DNA of 64,000 bases from Dehalococcoidia bacterium. GTDB lineage: Bacteria > Chloroflexota > Dehalococcoidia > Lucifugimonadales > UBA3495. Shown here piece after piece: positions 1 to 9,753 of the stretch. A program made the position numbers and the translations under genes. Every line of letters starts with the position of its first letter. The stretch's first letter is position 1. The stretch spans positions 1,317,035-1,381,034 of the forward strand of contig CBDANJ010000008.1 of assembly GCA_965197545.1 (NCBI GenBank), written 5' to 3'. Under the pieces are notes generated by a model, which was not told the origin of the DNA, did not search any database, and worked only from the letters and a program-made list of their open reading frames with translations.

Positions 1-1
1 G

Positions 2-223
2 GCGGCGAACCTGCGGGGCTGCCCCCGGGTCTTCCTGGCCTTCGACAACGACAATGCGGGGAGGGAAGCCGTCCAGGGTCTGAAGGACCTCTTGGGCCGC
101 CGCGCCGCCGTGGTCAACCTGCCCCAGGGTGTCGCCGACGTGGGCGAGTTGGCGGCGCTGCCCCACGGCCAACTCCTCTTCCGCCGCCTGCTGGCACGGG
201 CGGCCCGCGCCGCCAGGCAATAG
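2..223 (+). CDS. Toprim-domain (primase-like) protein, 3' part; 5' end outside window
   Basis: Frame open from window edge to TAG 221-223; ...CPRVFLAFDNDNAGREAVQGLKDLLG... shows the acidic DxD Toprim signature. Confidence 0.55.
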   Translation, partial: AANLRGCPRVFLAFDNDNAGREAVQGLKDLLGRRAAVVNLPQGVADVGELAALPHGQLLFRRLLARAARAARQ

Positions 224-391
224 CCCCTAACGCAACCCTCTCCCCCACCACTTTCCATTCCTCTATACAGGATTCTACGCAACACCCTGGAAGACCTGCG
301 TCCAAATCACGACGGGTTTACACCCGCCCACGGCTTCCCTTTGGGAGTCCGCACACCCAAACGCCATATCACAACTTCAAGGAGATACGTC

Positions 392-1240
392 ATGTCCAAC
401 GAGAACGGCAACGGCAACCAGCGCAACGGGCACGGCAACAACAACGGCCACCAGAACGGCAATGGCAACCACTACATCCCCTCCAACGGCGTCTCCAAGA
501 ACGGGAGCAACCACAACGGCAACGGGCACCACGCCGACGACTCCATCCCTACCCACGACCTCTTGTGGGACTCCCTGCCCGCCAGCGTCAGCGAGAAGCT
601 GGCCCAGCCCCTGGACGCCAGCCTGGTCTCCCAGCGCAAGGGCCGGGGCAACCGGAGCTTCAGCTACGTCGAGGGCCGCACCGTCATCGACCAGGCCAAC
701 CGGATATTCGGATTCGGCGGCTGGGGCCACGAGGTGATGGGCGACGTGACCCTCCGGGACCTGGACCAGGTGAACACGCAGACCGGCGAGGTCAAGCGCA
801 TCCGGGCCTACTCCGCCACGGTGAAGGTCACCGTCCCCGGCGCGCCGCCCCGCACCGACGTCGGATTCCAGCCGGTATCCGACGAGACCGCCGAGGGGCA
901 TGAGACGGCGTTCAAGGGCGCGGTCACCGACGCTCTCAAGCGGGCGCTCAGGACCTTCGGCGCCCAGTTCGGCAACGCGCTCTACGGCGACGTAGCAGGC
1001 CAGCCCGGCGGCGGCGCCGGCGACACGCTGGCCCCGGCCCTGCGCAAGACCCTCCTGGACCTGGGGGTCAGCCAGGGCTTCGACGAGGAGCGGGTGCGGC
1101 AGGCGGTGCGGGGCCAGACCGGCAGGGATCTGGACGAACTGCCCGCCTCGGAACTGACGCCCCTGGTGGAGCGGGCCGCCCGCAAGGTGCAGCAGCGGCA
1201 GGACGCGGAGGCGGGTCAGAACAGCGGCGCCGAGCAGTAG
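392..1240 (+). CDS. Rad52/Rad22-type single-strand annealing protein
   Basis: AAGGAG 379-384 then ATG 392; Asn/Gly-rich N-tail, then core ...RKGRGNRSFSYVEGRTVIDQANRIFGFGGWG...AFKGAVTDALKRALRTFG... recognised as Rad52-family. Confidence 0.8.
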   Translation: MSNENGNGNQRNGHGNNNGHQNGNGNHYIPSNGVSKNGSNHNGNGHHADDSIPTHDLLWDSLPASVSEKLAQPLDASLVSQRKGRGNRSFSYVEGRTVIDQANRIFGFGGWGHEVMGDVTLRDLDQVNTQTGEVKRIRAYSATVKVTVPGAPPRTDVGFQPVSDETAEGHETAFKGAVTDALKRALRTFGAQFGNALYGDVAGQPGGGAGDTLAPALRKTLLDLGVSQGFDEERVRQAVRGQTGRDLDELPASELTPLVERAARKVQQRQDAEAGQNSGAEQ

Positions 1241-1272
1241 ACCTTCCGGCTAACTGGCAACCACCCAGGCAA

Positions 1273-1305
1273 CGGGGCCGTTCCCTGACAACCGGGGCGG
1301 CCCCG
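1273..1305 (+). terminator. GC hairpin (CGGGGCCG..CGGCCCCG) after Rad52 gene; member of a repeated hairpin family
   Basis: 8-bp perfect stem 1273-1280/1298-1305, 30 nt downstream of stop; near-identical copy at 3850-3882. Confidence 0.5.
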
Positions 1306-1346
1306 CTTCTCATCTACCGGACCAAACAACACAAGGAGGAAACGGC

Positions 1347-1667
1347 ATGACCGGAACCAGAATGCACACGCCCTGGGGCTATCCTCAGGACATCGAGGAA
1401 CTGGCCGAAGGGGTCTGGCGGGTCTCCACCGCCAGCCACGGCGGGTTGAAGCTCAGCCGGGAGCGGTGGGAGGAACTCCCCGACCTGGTCAGGGACTCCT
1501 TCCTTACCCCGGCCTACGCGGAAGGGGACTGCGAGGAACCCATCGCCAGGACCCTGCTGGGTATCGGCGACGAAAGGGATAGGGGGTTCGCCCTGAAGGT
1601 GGCGGGCTGTTTCGACCGCTACGCCCCGGCGCTGCCCTACCTGCGAGACCAGAGGGGACAGCCATGA
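1347..1667 (+). CDS. hypothetical protein
   Basis: AAGGAGG 1334-1340 before ATG 1347; ATGA overlap with next gene; no family recognised. Confidence 0.55.
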   Translation: MTGTRMHTPWGYPQDIEELAEGVWRVSTASHGGLKLSRERWEELPDLVRDSFLTPAYAEGDCEEPIARTLLGIGDERDRGFALKVAGCFDRYAPALPYLRDQRGQP

Positions 1668-2059
1668 CCGCCACCAGGAGCAGGCCGCGCAGCCTGCCCA
1701 GCGTGACGACCAAGCTGGCGACGGAACTGGGCAACCTCTACGTCACCGTCTGCCTGGACGAGGACGGAAACCCCTTTGAGGTCTTCGGCTCCCTGGGCAA
1801 GGCCGGCAGCCTCCAGCACGGGGTCACCGAGTTGGCCTGCCGGCTGGTGTCCCTGCACTTGCGGCGCGGCACGCCGCTGGACGAAATCGTTGACCAACGC
1901 CAGGGCATTTCGGAGATGCAGCCCTGGCCCAACGTGATGGAGGACGGCAGCACGGTGTACGTGCGCGGCCTCGGCGACGGCATCGCCCTGATCCTGCGGG
2001 GCCACCTGGCGGCCCAAGCTGAAGTGGGAATGGAGGAACTCAGGCTGGCTGCCGACTGA
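1664..2059 (+). CDS. TSCPD-domain protein (ribonucleotide-reductase C-terminal-like domain)
   Basis: ...GNPFEVFGSLGKAGSLQHGVTELACRLVSLHLRRGTPLDEIVDQRQGI... resembles the TSCPD domain; translationally coupled to upstream ORF. Confidence 0.55.
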   Translation: MTATRSRPRSLPSVTTKLATELGNLYVTVCLDEDGNPFEVFGSLGKAGSLQHGVTELACRLVSLHLRRGTPLDEIVDQRQGISEMQPWPNVMEDGSTVYVRGLGDGIALILRGHLAAQAEVGMEELRLAAD

Positions 2060-2092
2060 AAGAACTGCGCTGACCAGACCTGCCAAGGCACA

Positions 2093-2122
2093 CGGGGCCG
2101 TCTCCTACGGGGAGCGGCCCCG
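2093..2122 (+). terminator. GC hairpin of the same CGGGGCCG/CGGCCCCG family
   Basis: Stem 2093-2100/2115-2122 directly after the TSCPD gene stop. Confidence 0.5.
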
Positions 2123-2164
2123 CTCAAATTTCCCCGACACAGCAATTACGGAGGAAAGACAACC

Positions 2165-3223
2165 ATGACGACGACCATTGACAGCAAGACGGACGTCTAC
2201 TCGCGGCCCAACGCCCGCTTCGGCGACGACGGGACCCTGGAGATCCGGGCCTCGGCGGTGGGCAACTGCCGCCGCGCCCTCTGGTACGAGGCCAACGAGT
2301 ACCCGGTCACCAACGCGCGTACCGAGGAGTCCCTGACCGTCCTGGAGGCGGGCAACGCCCTGGAGCCGGTGGTGCTCAAGGCCATGCGGCGGGCCGGTTG
2401 GGACATCACCCCTACCGACCGGGACAACCCTGAAATGATGTCCCTGCGCCTCGGCCCCGCCCTGGTGGTCACGGGCCACGTGGACGCCACCGGAATCGTC
2501 CCCATCTTCGGTGACGAACCCAGCGTCATCGAGATCAAGACCCGGGGGCCGGAAGCCTACAAGCGGTGGTGGAAGTTGGGGGCGGAGCGCAGCCACCCGG
2601 AGTCGGTGGCCCAGGCCGCCTTCTACTCCTACGGGACCTTCGGGGAGGCGCGGGACGTGGTGATCGCCACGATGGACACCGGCAGTCGCCAGTGGGACTT
2701 CGAGGTGATTCCGGCGGAGCGGGTCGCCACAGCTTTCCACCGGGCCTGCGAGCGGCTGGGTGCCATCGGCGCCCACCACCTGCTGCACGGGCGGGACTCT
2801 CAGGCCCTGCCGGAGCGGGACTTCACCGCCGACGACTGGCAGTGCCAGCGCTGCCCCTTCCTGAACACCTGCCTGCCGGGGTCAGCGGCGCCTGAACCCG
2901 AACCCGATGGAGGGGAAGAGAACGCCGAGCCGGTGAACGACGAAGAGGCGCAGGCGGCGCTCCGGGAGTACGAGAACGCCCAGGAGATGCTGAAGGCGAT
3001 TGAAGAGGACAAGCAGTGGGCCTTGGGGATGCTGCGGACCTGGCTCAAGCAGCAGGGCAAGGACAAGGCCCGGTTGGAGGGGAGGGAGAAGACCCGAACC
3101 GTGGGGATGGTGAAGTCCACCCGCTACAACGTCGATCACAAGAGGCTGAACGCCCTGCTGGAGCCGGAGACCAGGGCGGGCATCGTCACCGAGAACGTCT
3201 CCGAGTACCTGCGGGTCAGCTAG
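2165..3223 (+). CDS. PD-(D/E)XK nuclease, Cas4-like (four-Cys cluster)
   Basis: GHVDATG ... VIEIKTRG (D...ExK) plus Cys in GNCRRALWYE and C-terminal CQRCPFLNTC (CxxCx5C) as in Cas4/RecB-type phage exonucleases. Confidence 0.7.
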   Translation: MTTTIDSKTDVYSRPNARFGDDGTLEIRASAVGNCRRALWYEANEYPVTNARTEESLTVLEAGNALEPVVLKAMRRAGWDITPTDRDNPEMMSLRLGPALVVTGHVDATGIVPIFGDEPSVIEIKTRGPEAYKRWWKLGAERSHPESVAQAAFYSYGTFGEARDVVIATMDTGSRQWDFEVIPAERVATAFHRACERLGAIGAHHLLHGRDSQALPERDFTADDWQCQRCPFLNTCLPGSAAPEPEPDGGEENAEPVNDEEAQAALREYENAQEMLKAIEEDKQWALGMLRTWLKQQGKDKARLEGREKTRTVGMVKSTRYNVDHKRLNALLEPETRAGIVTENVSEYLRVS

Positions 3224-3255
3224 ACGCACCTTGACGCACCGAAGCGGAGCGCCAA

Positions 3256-3291
3256 CGGGGCCGCTCGTTCCCACGGAGATTGTCGGCCCCG
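3256..3291 (+). terminator. GC hairpin of the CGGGGCCG/CGGCCCCG family
   Basis: Stem 3256-3263/3284-3291 after the nuclease gene stop (3223). Confidence 0.45.
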
Positions 3292-3343
3292 CAATCCATA
3301 TGGGCAACCATCAATCACAACCTAACGTAACGGAGGAACCATC

Positions 3344-3808
3344 ATGGCGAAGAGCATCAACAAGGTAGAACTCCTGGGCCGGGTCGGAAGCGACCCGGAG
3401 ATGAAGTACACGGCGTCGGGCATCGCCGTCACCCAGCTGCGCCTGGCCACCGACCGGGTGCGCAAGGGCGGCGAGTCCGAGACCGACTGGCACCAGATCG
3501 TGGTGTGGGACAAGCTGGCTGAAGCTGTCGCGCAGTACGTGGAAAAGGGGCAGAGGCTGTACGTCTCGGGCCGCCTGGCGCAGAACTCCTGGACCGGCGA
3601 CGACGGGCAGCGGCGCTACCGAACCGAGATTCACGCCCAGGAGGTGGTGTTCCTGGACTCCGCCCGCAACGGCGGCGGCAACCACACGGGCAACGGCTCT
3701 GCCAACGGGGTCAACGCCGCCGCCAACCACCAGGCCAACGCCGGAAACGCCAACGGATTCAACGCTGGCGGTGGTTACCAGCCCGGCGACGAGGACTCTC
3801 CCTTCTAA
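3344..3808 (+). CDS. ssb: single-stranded DNA-binding protein
   Basis: MAKSINKVELLGRVGSDPEMKYT...WHQIVVWDKLAE...RYRTEIHAQEVVFLD, Gly/Asn-rich linker, acidic tail DEDSPF. Confidence 0.9.
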   Translation: MAKSINKVELLGRVGSDPEMKYTASGIAVTQLRLATDRVRKGGESETDWHQIVVWDKLAEAVAQYVEKGQRLYVSGRLAQNSWTGDDGQRRYRTEIHAQEVVFLDSARNGGGNHTGNGSANGVNAAANHQANAGNANGFNAGGGYQPGDEDSPF

Positions 3809-3849
3809 CTGGACATCCGCACACCGGCGCCTTCCCCAAGGCGCAACCA

Positions 3850-3882
3850 CGGGGCCGTTCCCTCACAGCAGGGGCGGCCCCG
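3850..3882 (+). terminator. GC hairpin, near-identical to 1273-1305
   Basis: ACGGGGCCGTTCCCTCACAGCAGGGGCGGCCCCGCT vs ACGGGGCCGTTCCCTGACAACCGGGGCGGCCCCGCT. Confidence 0.5.
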
Positions 3883-3917
3883 CTCCCGTTTCCAGACTAA
3901 TCGCCAAGGAGTGAACC

Positions 3918-4478
3918 ATGCCCAGGAAGAAGCAAGCCAAGCAAGAGGAAATGCTCCTGTCCATCCCCGAACCCGCCGCTCCCGCCACGCCGGAGGGCCA
4001 CGCCGTGCTGGAGGCCCTGCGCTCCAACCTGGCCCTGCTGGGGGAACTGGCGGCCCGCTACGAGGTCGCCTTCCAGCCGGAACGCCCCGCCGAGATGCCC
4101 ACCATCAACTGCCCGCAGGACGTTCACAACCTGCTGGGGCCGGAGATGTCCGCCCTGGCCCAGGAGCAGCTGCGGGTGCTGCTGCTCAACACCCGCAACC
4201 AGGTGCGGGGGCAGCGGGTGGTCTACATGGGCAACGTCAACTCGTCGGTGATTCGCCCCGCCGAGGTGCTGCGCGCTGCGGTCATCGAGTCCGCCCCCAG
4301 CATCATCATTTCCCACAATCACCCGTCCGGCGACCCAACCCCCAGCCCCGAGGACGTGTCCATCACCCGCGAGTTGGTGCAGGCGGGGAAGCTCCTCGGC
4401 ATCGACCTCCTGGACCACGTGGTCATCGGCGGCGACCGCTGGGTCAGCCTCAAGGAACGGAAGCTGATGGACGTTTAG
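3918..4478 (+). CDS. radC: RadC-like JAB/MPN domain protein
   Basis: JAMM motif ...IIISHNHPSGDPTPSPEDVSITRELVQAGKLLGIDLLDHVVIG. Confidence 0.85.
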   Translation: MPRKKQAKQEEMLLSIPEPAAPATPEGHAVLEALRSNLALLGELAARYEVAFQPERPAEMPTINCPQDVHNLLGPEMSALAQEQLRVLLLNTRNQVRGQRVVYMGNVNSSVIRPAEVLRAAVIESAPSIIISHNHPSGDPTPSPEDVSITRELVQAGKLLGIDLLDHVVIGGDRWVSLKERKLMDV

Positions 4479-4575
4479 CTCCATGACACCGAGACCGGCG
4501 GCGGCGCGCCGGTCCTCACGCGGGGGGTTCCCTTCCCCGCGCCCTTCCCGAATCCACACCTACAGGAGGCACTCC

Positions 4576-5256
4576 ATGATTCCCACGGAACCCGTCCAGA
4601 GCGGCGAGGACCCCGCATCGAGTGCGGGGCAGGCTCTCTACACGATAAGCGCCGGAGGCTACTCGGCCACCGCCGACGCCTTCGCCCGAGACCCCGACAC
4701 CGGCGGCCTCTGGTTCCTGTCGATGGTGGGGCCGCAGACCGCCCTCAAGGCCATCTGGGCCTCCCTGCTCAAGCAGCCGCCCGACACCGCCCACCTGATC
4801 AAGGGCGTGGAGGGCATGGCCCTCTCCGGCGGATACCAGCAGTGCCAGGTCCCGTATCACACCGTCGGCACCTGGACCACCCGCATCGTGCGGCTGCCCG
4901 TAAGCCGGGGCTGGCACGCCCTCGTTTACACCCGGCTGGCGGAGTTCAGCTTCGAGCGGGACGACTTCCTGCTGCTGGCCCAAGACCAGGCCGACGCGCC
5001 GGGGCTGCACCACCGCTTCCTGGACCGGCGCGGCCCCCTGCCCCTGCACCGCTCCTGGCGGGACTGGCTCTGGCGAAGGGGGTTGGACACCGGGGAGACC
5101 GTCCCCCTGGAGTCCGCCGGGCTCCTGGCCTACACCTGCAACCCCAGGGGCGAGGAACTGAAGGCCGACCTGTCGGCGGCGGTGGCGGCGGGGACGCTGA
5201 CCCTCAATGAACCGGAACCCGAAACCGATGAAACGGAGGAAGACAACGATGGATAG
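4576..5256 (+). CDS. hypothetical protein (carries a 24-nt micro-insertion at 4612-4635)
   Basis: AGGAGG 4564-4569 then ATG 4576; no family recognised. Confidence 0.5.
   Translation: MIPTEPVQSGEDPASSAGQALYTISAGGYSATADAFARDPDTGGLWFLSMVGPQTALKAIWASLLKQPPDTAHLIKGVEGMALSGGYQQCQVPYHTVGTWTTRIVRLPVSRGWHALVYTRLAEFSFERDDFLLLAQDQADAPGLHHRFLDRRGPLPLHRSWRDWLWRRGLDTGETVPLESAGLLAYTCNPRGEELKADLSAAVAAGTLTLNEPEPETDETEEDNDG
4612..4635 (-). repeat. AGCCTGCCC-hairpin micro-insertion, copy 5 (24 nt, in frame)
   Basis: Minus strand reads AG|AGCCTGCCCCGCACTCGATGCGGG|GTC; stem CCCCGCA/TGCGGGG. Confidence 0.7.
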
Positions 5257-5656
5257 GACTCTGAACCCGGTGAAGCGGGGCAACAAGCGCCGCCGCTCCC
5301 GCAACTGGAAGGCCTGGCAGCTCTTCTCCCCGGACGGTGACACCTGCCGTTTCTGCCCCCACGGGGCTTCCGACCACCTGACGTCAAGCGGTCAGCCCCA
5401 TTTCTACCGGCCCGCCGCCGAGCAGGACTGGCGGAACTCCAACGAGAAGCTCTACCGCCACGAACTGGCCGACGGCTCCGAGGTGCTGGTCAAGCGCATC
5501 ACCGTCGCCAGCCGCGCCGAGCTGCTGACGGCCTTCTGCACCGCCTGCGCCAAGGACAAGCAGACCGGCCAGGTTCTCTGCTTCCAGCGCACGCTGGCCA
5601 AGGGCGAGGTGGTGGGCCTGACGAACCTGAACGGAAACCACAACGACGGGAGGTAG
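5249..5656 (+). CDS. hypothetical Cys-containing protein
   Basis: GGAGGA before ATG 5249; CRFCPHG and CTACAKD pairs suggest metal binding; start uncertain (ORF opens at 5207). Confidence 0.4.
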   Translation: MDRTLNPVKRGNKRRRSRNWKAWQLFSPDGDTCRFCPHGASDHLTSSGQPHFYRPAAEQDWRNSNEKLYRHELADGSEVLVKRITVASRAELLTAFCTACAKDKQTGQVLCFQRTLAKGEVVGLTNLNGNHNDGR

Positions 5657-5660
5657 CACG

Positions 5661-5930
5661 ATGGCGGACAAGCAGACCCTGTACTTTCCCTGCCCCGGCT
5701 GCGGGGCGCGGTTTGCCCGGGTGGAGGAGACCGGCGAGGACATCCACGCCGGGGAGACCTACACCTGCAACGAGTGCGGCGCGGCGGTGGTGCTCGTCGC
5801 CCTGAGCATGGAGATGCTGGCCGATCCCGCATCCATCCGCTGGAACTGCCACTTCTGCCAGCCCGGCCCCTGCCGGTTGGCCCCGTCCAGCGGCGCCTCC
5901 GGCGACTCCGACAACACCGATTCCAAGTAA
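5661..5930 (+). CDS. hypothetical zinc-ribbon protein
   Basis: CPGCG...CNECG spaced as a zinc ribbon; 4 nt after the upstream stop. Confidence 0.4.
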   Translation: MADKQTLYFPCPGCGARFARVEETGEDIHAGETYTCNECGAAVVLVALSMEMLADPASIRWNCHFCQPGPCRLAPSSGASGDSDNTDSK

Positions 5931-5959
5931 CCCTTTCCACACAACAAAGGAGGACAGAT

Positions 5960-6993
5960 ATGAGACTCGCTGCCCAAGCCAAGGGAGGCTTCTATCCCAC
6001 GCCGCCCCGGGTGGTTGACCTGGCTGCCCAACTGCTCTACGGGGCCAGGGGCCGCTCCCGCAGCGCGGACACCCTGCGCATCCTGGACCCCTGCTGCGGG
6101 GCCGGGGATGCCCTGGCCCAGTTCGCCGGCCTGCTGCGCGACCGCGGCACCGTACCCGTGGAGACCTGCGGGGTAGAGCTGCATAGGGACCGGGCGGAGC
6201 AGGCGGCCCACGTCCTGGACCGCGCCCTGGCCTGCGACCTCTTCGCCACGTCGATAGCCAACAACGCCTTCGGCGTGCTTCTCTTGAACCCCCCTATGAC
6301 TTCGATGCCGAAGACAAGCGCACCGAACACGCCTTCCTCACGCACACCACGCGCTACCTGACCGACGGCGGGCTGCTGCTGTTCATAGTCCCCAAGCAAA
6401 GGCTCTCCGTTTCCGCCCGCTACCTCTCCTCCCACTACCGGGACATCCGGTGCTGGGCGTTCCCCAGCCCGGAACGGGAGGTCTTCGACCAGGTGGTGCT
6501 GGTGGGCCGGCGCAAGGCGGAACCCAGCCCCGACCCCTACGCCGAGGAGCAGGTGCGGGACTGGGCCGAGGGGGAGCCGGAGGAGTTCTCGCCCCGCCCC
6601 TACCCGGTCTACGACCCTCCGGTGGTTGCCGCCGGGGACATCCTCTTCGCCACCCGCACCGTTGACCCCCTGGCGGCGGTGACCGAGGCTCGGAAGACCG
6701 GCCTGTGGGCCAGCCAGGAGGTCAGGGACTCCCTCTGGCCCGCCCAGGACCAGCGCACCCGCCCGTTGATGCCGCTCCGCCGGGGCCACATGGCCATGCT
6801 GGTGGCGGCGGGTTTCCTCGACAACCTGGTGCTGGAGGCCGAGGGAAGGCGCATCCTGGTCAAGGGGCGCACCACCAAGGAGCTGGTGCTGGCCGAGGAG
6901 ACGGAGAACACCGAGGTCTACCGGGAACGGCTCAAGACCACCGTCGTGGCCCTGGACCTGGACGACGGGGAGATCACCGACATCGCCGCCTGA
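5960..6993 (+). pseudogene. SAM-dependent N6-adenine DNA methyltransferase, frame broken in a C6 run
   Basis: AGGAGG then ATG 5960; motif I ILDPCCGAGDAL; LLLNPP then frame slips at CCCCCC 6289-6294; the next frame continues YDFDAEDKRTEHAFL... to 6993 (restores NPPY). Confidence 0.7.
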
Positions 6994-7044
6994 CCCCGCC
7001 CAACGACAACTACTCTGACGGCTGCAACGCCAGCCGCGACACGA

Positions 7045-7080
7045 AGGCCCCGCTTGTTCCACCAGGGACGGGCGGGGCCT
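7045..7080 (+). terminator. intrinsic-terminator-like hairpin
   Basis: AGGCCCCGC/GCGGGGCCT stem followed by CGCTTTTCC. Confidence 0.55.
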
Positions 7081-7121
7081 CGCTTTTCCGAAAGGCAACA
7101 CTCAAGGCAAGGAGATTACCC

Positions 7122-7347
7122 ATGAACCTGTCAGGATTCATCGACCAGTTCAAGGAGGCCATCGCCAGGCGGGTGGTGGAGTCCTACCCGCCCCTCTACC
7201 GGCCTTCGGAGAACGGCCAGAAGCTGCCCCGGCTGCTGCGCACCCCGATGGGCGGCCAGGAGGACGCCATCAAGGGCACAGCCCTGTCCCTCCAGGCCCA
7301 CCGGGGCACCACGGTGGTGGGCGAGATGGGCACGGGCAAGACCTTCA
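7122..7347 (+). CDS. DEVH-box (SF2) helicase, exon 1, ending inside the Walker A region
   Basis: GGAG then ATG 7122; ...TTVVGEMGTGKTF then GTGCG intron 5' end at 7348. Confidence 0.8.
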
Positions 7348-8525
7348 GTGCGCCGCGTCACGCGGCATAGGATACCCGGCTCAGTCGGGAAGAACCCGGA
7401 GAAAGTTCTTGGGCCAACCGACCCACCTCGAAGCAAAAGCTTAGGGGGACAACAGCATGTCGGTAAAGCGGCTACAGTCCCAAAGCGTTGTAGGACTGGT
7501 TCCGCAAGGCCCGCGCGATACGGTGAAAGCTTGATTGCCTGAACCCCAGTTTCCAATTGGTGTTCTTGCCACCCGCCGGTAGAACGCTTGTAACCCGGCG
7601 CCGCTCATTGCACTGGTCTGATGAAGGAACAATGCAACTCCGATGAGCGGACGATGACCAGTGTGGTCATTCAAGGGAACGAACGGGGCACCTACAGTCG
7701 CGCTAGAACGTCCTATGTCAATGGAACGCGGGATGGCCTACGGGGGGAGACCCCTATGGTCACGGAGCCCTCGTAGTAGTCCGAGGACGGGAAAGCCGTC
7801 CACATGGCGAAGGAGGGCAGGTGTCAACGACGAACAAACACAGAGAGGTATGCACAATGCAAGACGCCGAAACTGTATTGAACGTCATACGCGAACGCGG
7901 AGAACGAGGATTGCCGCTGGAGAACATCTATCGGCTGCTTTACAACCGGAACTTGTACCTGCGGGCCTACGGTCGCATCTACTCAAACCAGGGAGCTACG
8001 ACCAAGGGCGTCACCGCAGAGACCGTGGACGGTATGTCACTGGCGAAAATCGACCGCATCATCGAAGCCTTGCGCTACGAGCGGTTCAGGTGGACGCCGG
8101 TGCGACGGGTCAACATTCCCAAGCCTAACGGCAAGACCCGCGCCTTGGGCATACCGACGTGGACGGACAAGCTGCTGCAAGAGGTCATCCGGATGATTCT
8201 GGAAGCCTACTACGAGCCGCAGTTTTCCGACCGCTCCCACGGCTTTCGGCCCAACCGGGGGTGCCACACCGCCTTGAGCAACGTGACCACCCACTGGACT
8301 GGTGTCCGCTGGTTCGTCGAGGGCGACATCAAAGGGTGCTTTGACAACATCGACCACGATGTCCTGTTGTCGGTGCTCGGCGAGAAGCTCCACGACAACC
8401 GATTCCTACGCCTGCTCAAGTACCTACTAAAGGCAGGCTACGTTGAGGATTGGAAGTATGGCGGCACGCTGAGCGGTACACCGCAAGGCGGAATAGTCAG
8501 TCCCATCCTCGCCAACATCTACCTA

Positions 8526-9750
8526 AACCAAAGCCAAGGTGAAACGTGCAGGAGCGTCCGGTAGAATCGGGGGAGTCGCAGGTGCGACGCGGGAAGCAGG
8601 AGTGGGATGGTGCTGGGCATGGGAGAGATCGACCGGTTCCTGGAACAGTGGGAAATGGACGCGCCGGGTGTGCACCAGCGGCTGATTCTGGCGCCGACAC
8701 CCCGGGAGCGATGGCACGCCATCTGGCTCCTGTCCCAGGGCTGGAGTGCCGCGGACACTGCCGTGGCCCTGCGTAGGGATTCTCATACCATAGGGAAGTG
8801 GCTTGCCGCCTTCGGCCAGGGCGGCCCGGCGGCTTTGATTTTCGAGCAGTCCGGAGGGTCCCCCCGCCCTTGGCCAGGCGCAGCGGGAGGAGTTGAAGGC
8901 GGCGGTGCAGGAACCTCCTGGCGCATCGGGCATTGGCTTGGCCAACTGGAACTGGAGGGCGGTGTGTCAGTTTGTCCTGGAGTGCTTCGGCGTCAGCTTG
9001 AGCCGCAGCAGTTGCCTGAACTACCTGCACCGCTTGGGATTCGCCTTCAAGCGGCCCAAGAAACGCCTGCTCAAGGCTGATGTGGAAAGGCGGGAGGCCT
9101 TTGTGGCAGAGTACGCTTCCTTGGTGGAGGAGGCGCAGGAGAACGGGGAGAAGATATTCTTCGCCGACGAGGCCCACTTCCGGGCGGACGCCGAGTTGCG
9201 GGGCAAGTGGGTGCTGAGGGGAGAGCCGGCCTTGGTAGACTCGACCAGCCCGAGGTACGGCGAGAAGGCTAGCTACTATTCGGCGGTGTGCTTGGAGACG
9301 GGGAAAGTGGAGTGGATGGAGTTGGAGGGAAACAGCAACAGCGAAACGTCGGCAGCCTTCCTGGAGCAATTGCGGGAGAAGCACGGAGGTCGGCTGAACG
9401 TGATCTGGGACAACGCGCCAGCGCATCGCGGCGAGGCGGTGAGGGAACTCCTGAAAAGGCCCGGACTGAACCTGCGGCTGGTGAATCTGCCGGGGTACAG
9501 TCCGGACTTCAATGCCGATGAGGCCATCTGGGGCTGGGCGAGAGAGGAGGCGACCGGCAACCTGTGCCTGGGAAGCAAGGGGCTGGTGCAGGAGAGAGTC
9601 GGCAGCTTCCTCGCCGGGCTGGTCAGCCGGAAGGACGAGGTGAAACGCCGTTGCCGAACCGTCCTGCAATCACGGACCGCAGGATTACTGCGCTCCACCC
9701 AGCCTGATTCCCAACATCCAGCAAATGCACATCCCACCTTGGCTTTAGTT
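8526..9750 (+). mobile_element. IS630-family insertion sequence with TA target duplication
   Basis: Inverted repeats AACCAAAGCCAAGGTG (8526-8541) and CACCTTGGCTTTAGTT (9735-9750) flanked by TA (8524-8525, 9751-9752). Confidence 0.8.
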
Positions 9751-9753
9751 TAG
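8607..9753 (+). pseudogene. IS630-family DDE transposase in two frames (shift at C6 run 8860-8865)
   Basis: HTH part ...WLLSQGWSAADTAVALRRDSHTIGKWL..., then ...IFFADEAHF...VIWDNAPAHRG...LPGYSPDFNADEAIW...; frames join at ...SGGSPP/ALGQAQREEL. Programmed frameshift versus indel not resolvable. Confidence 0.7.

Noticed and set aside
1688-1702. Partial match AGCCTGCCCAGCG inside the TSCPD gene
   Set aside because: It lacks the downstream complementary G run or hairpin and the AG^GT flanks. Probably a chance 9-mer match in high-GC coding DNA.
6037-7101. 354-aa minus-strand ORF
   Set aside because: Antisense to the methyltransferase (NPPY, DPCCGAG motifs on the plus strand). Composition-driven open frame.
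8860-8865. Programmed ribosomal frameshift in the IS630 transposase
   Set aside because: Neither supported nor excluded. There is no obvious slippery heptamer plus downstream structure, and the break shares the homopolymer pattern seen in non-IS genes, so it is reported only as a frame break.
8497-9669. 390-aa minus-strand ORF
   Set aside because: Antisense to the IS630 transposase. No recognisable motifs.
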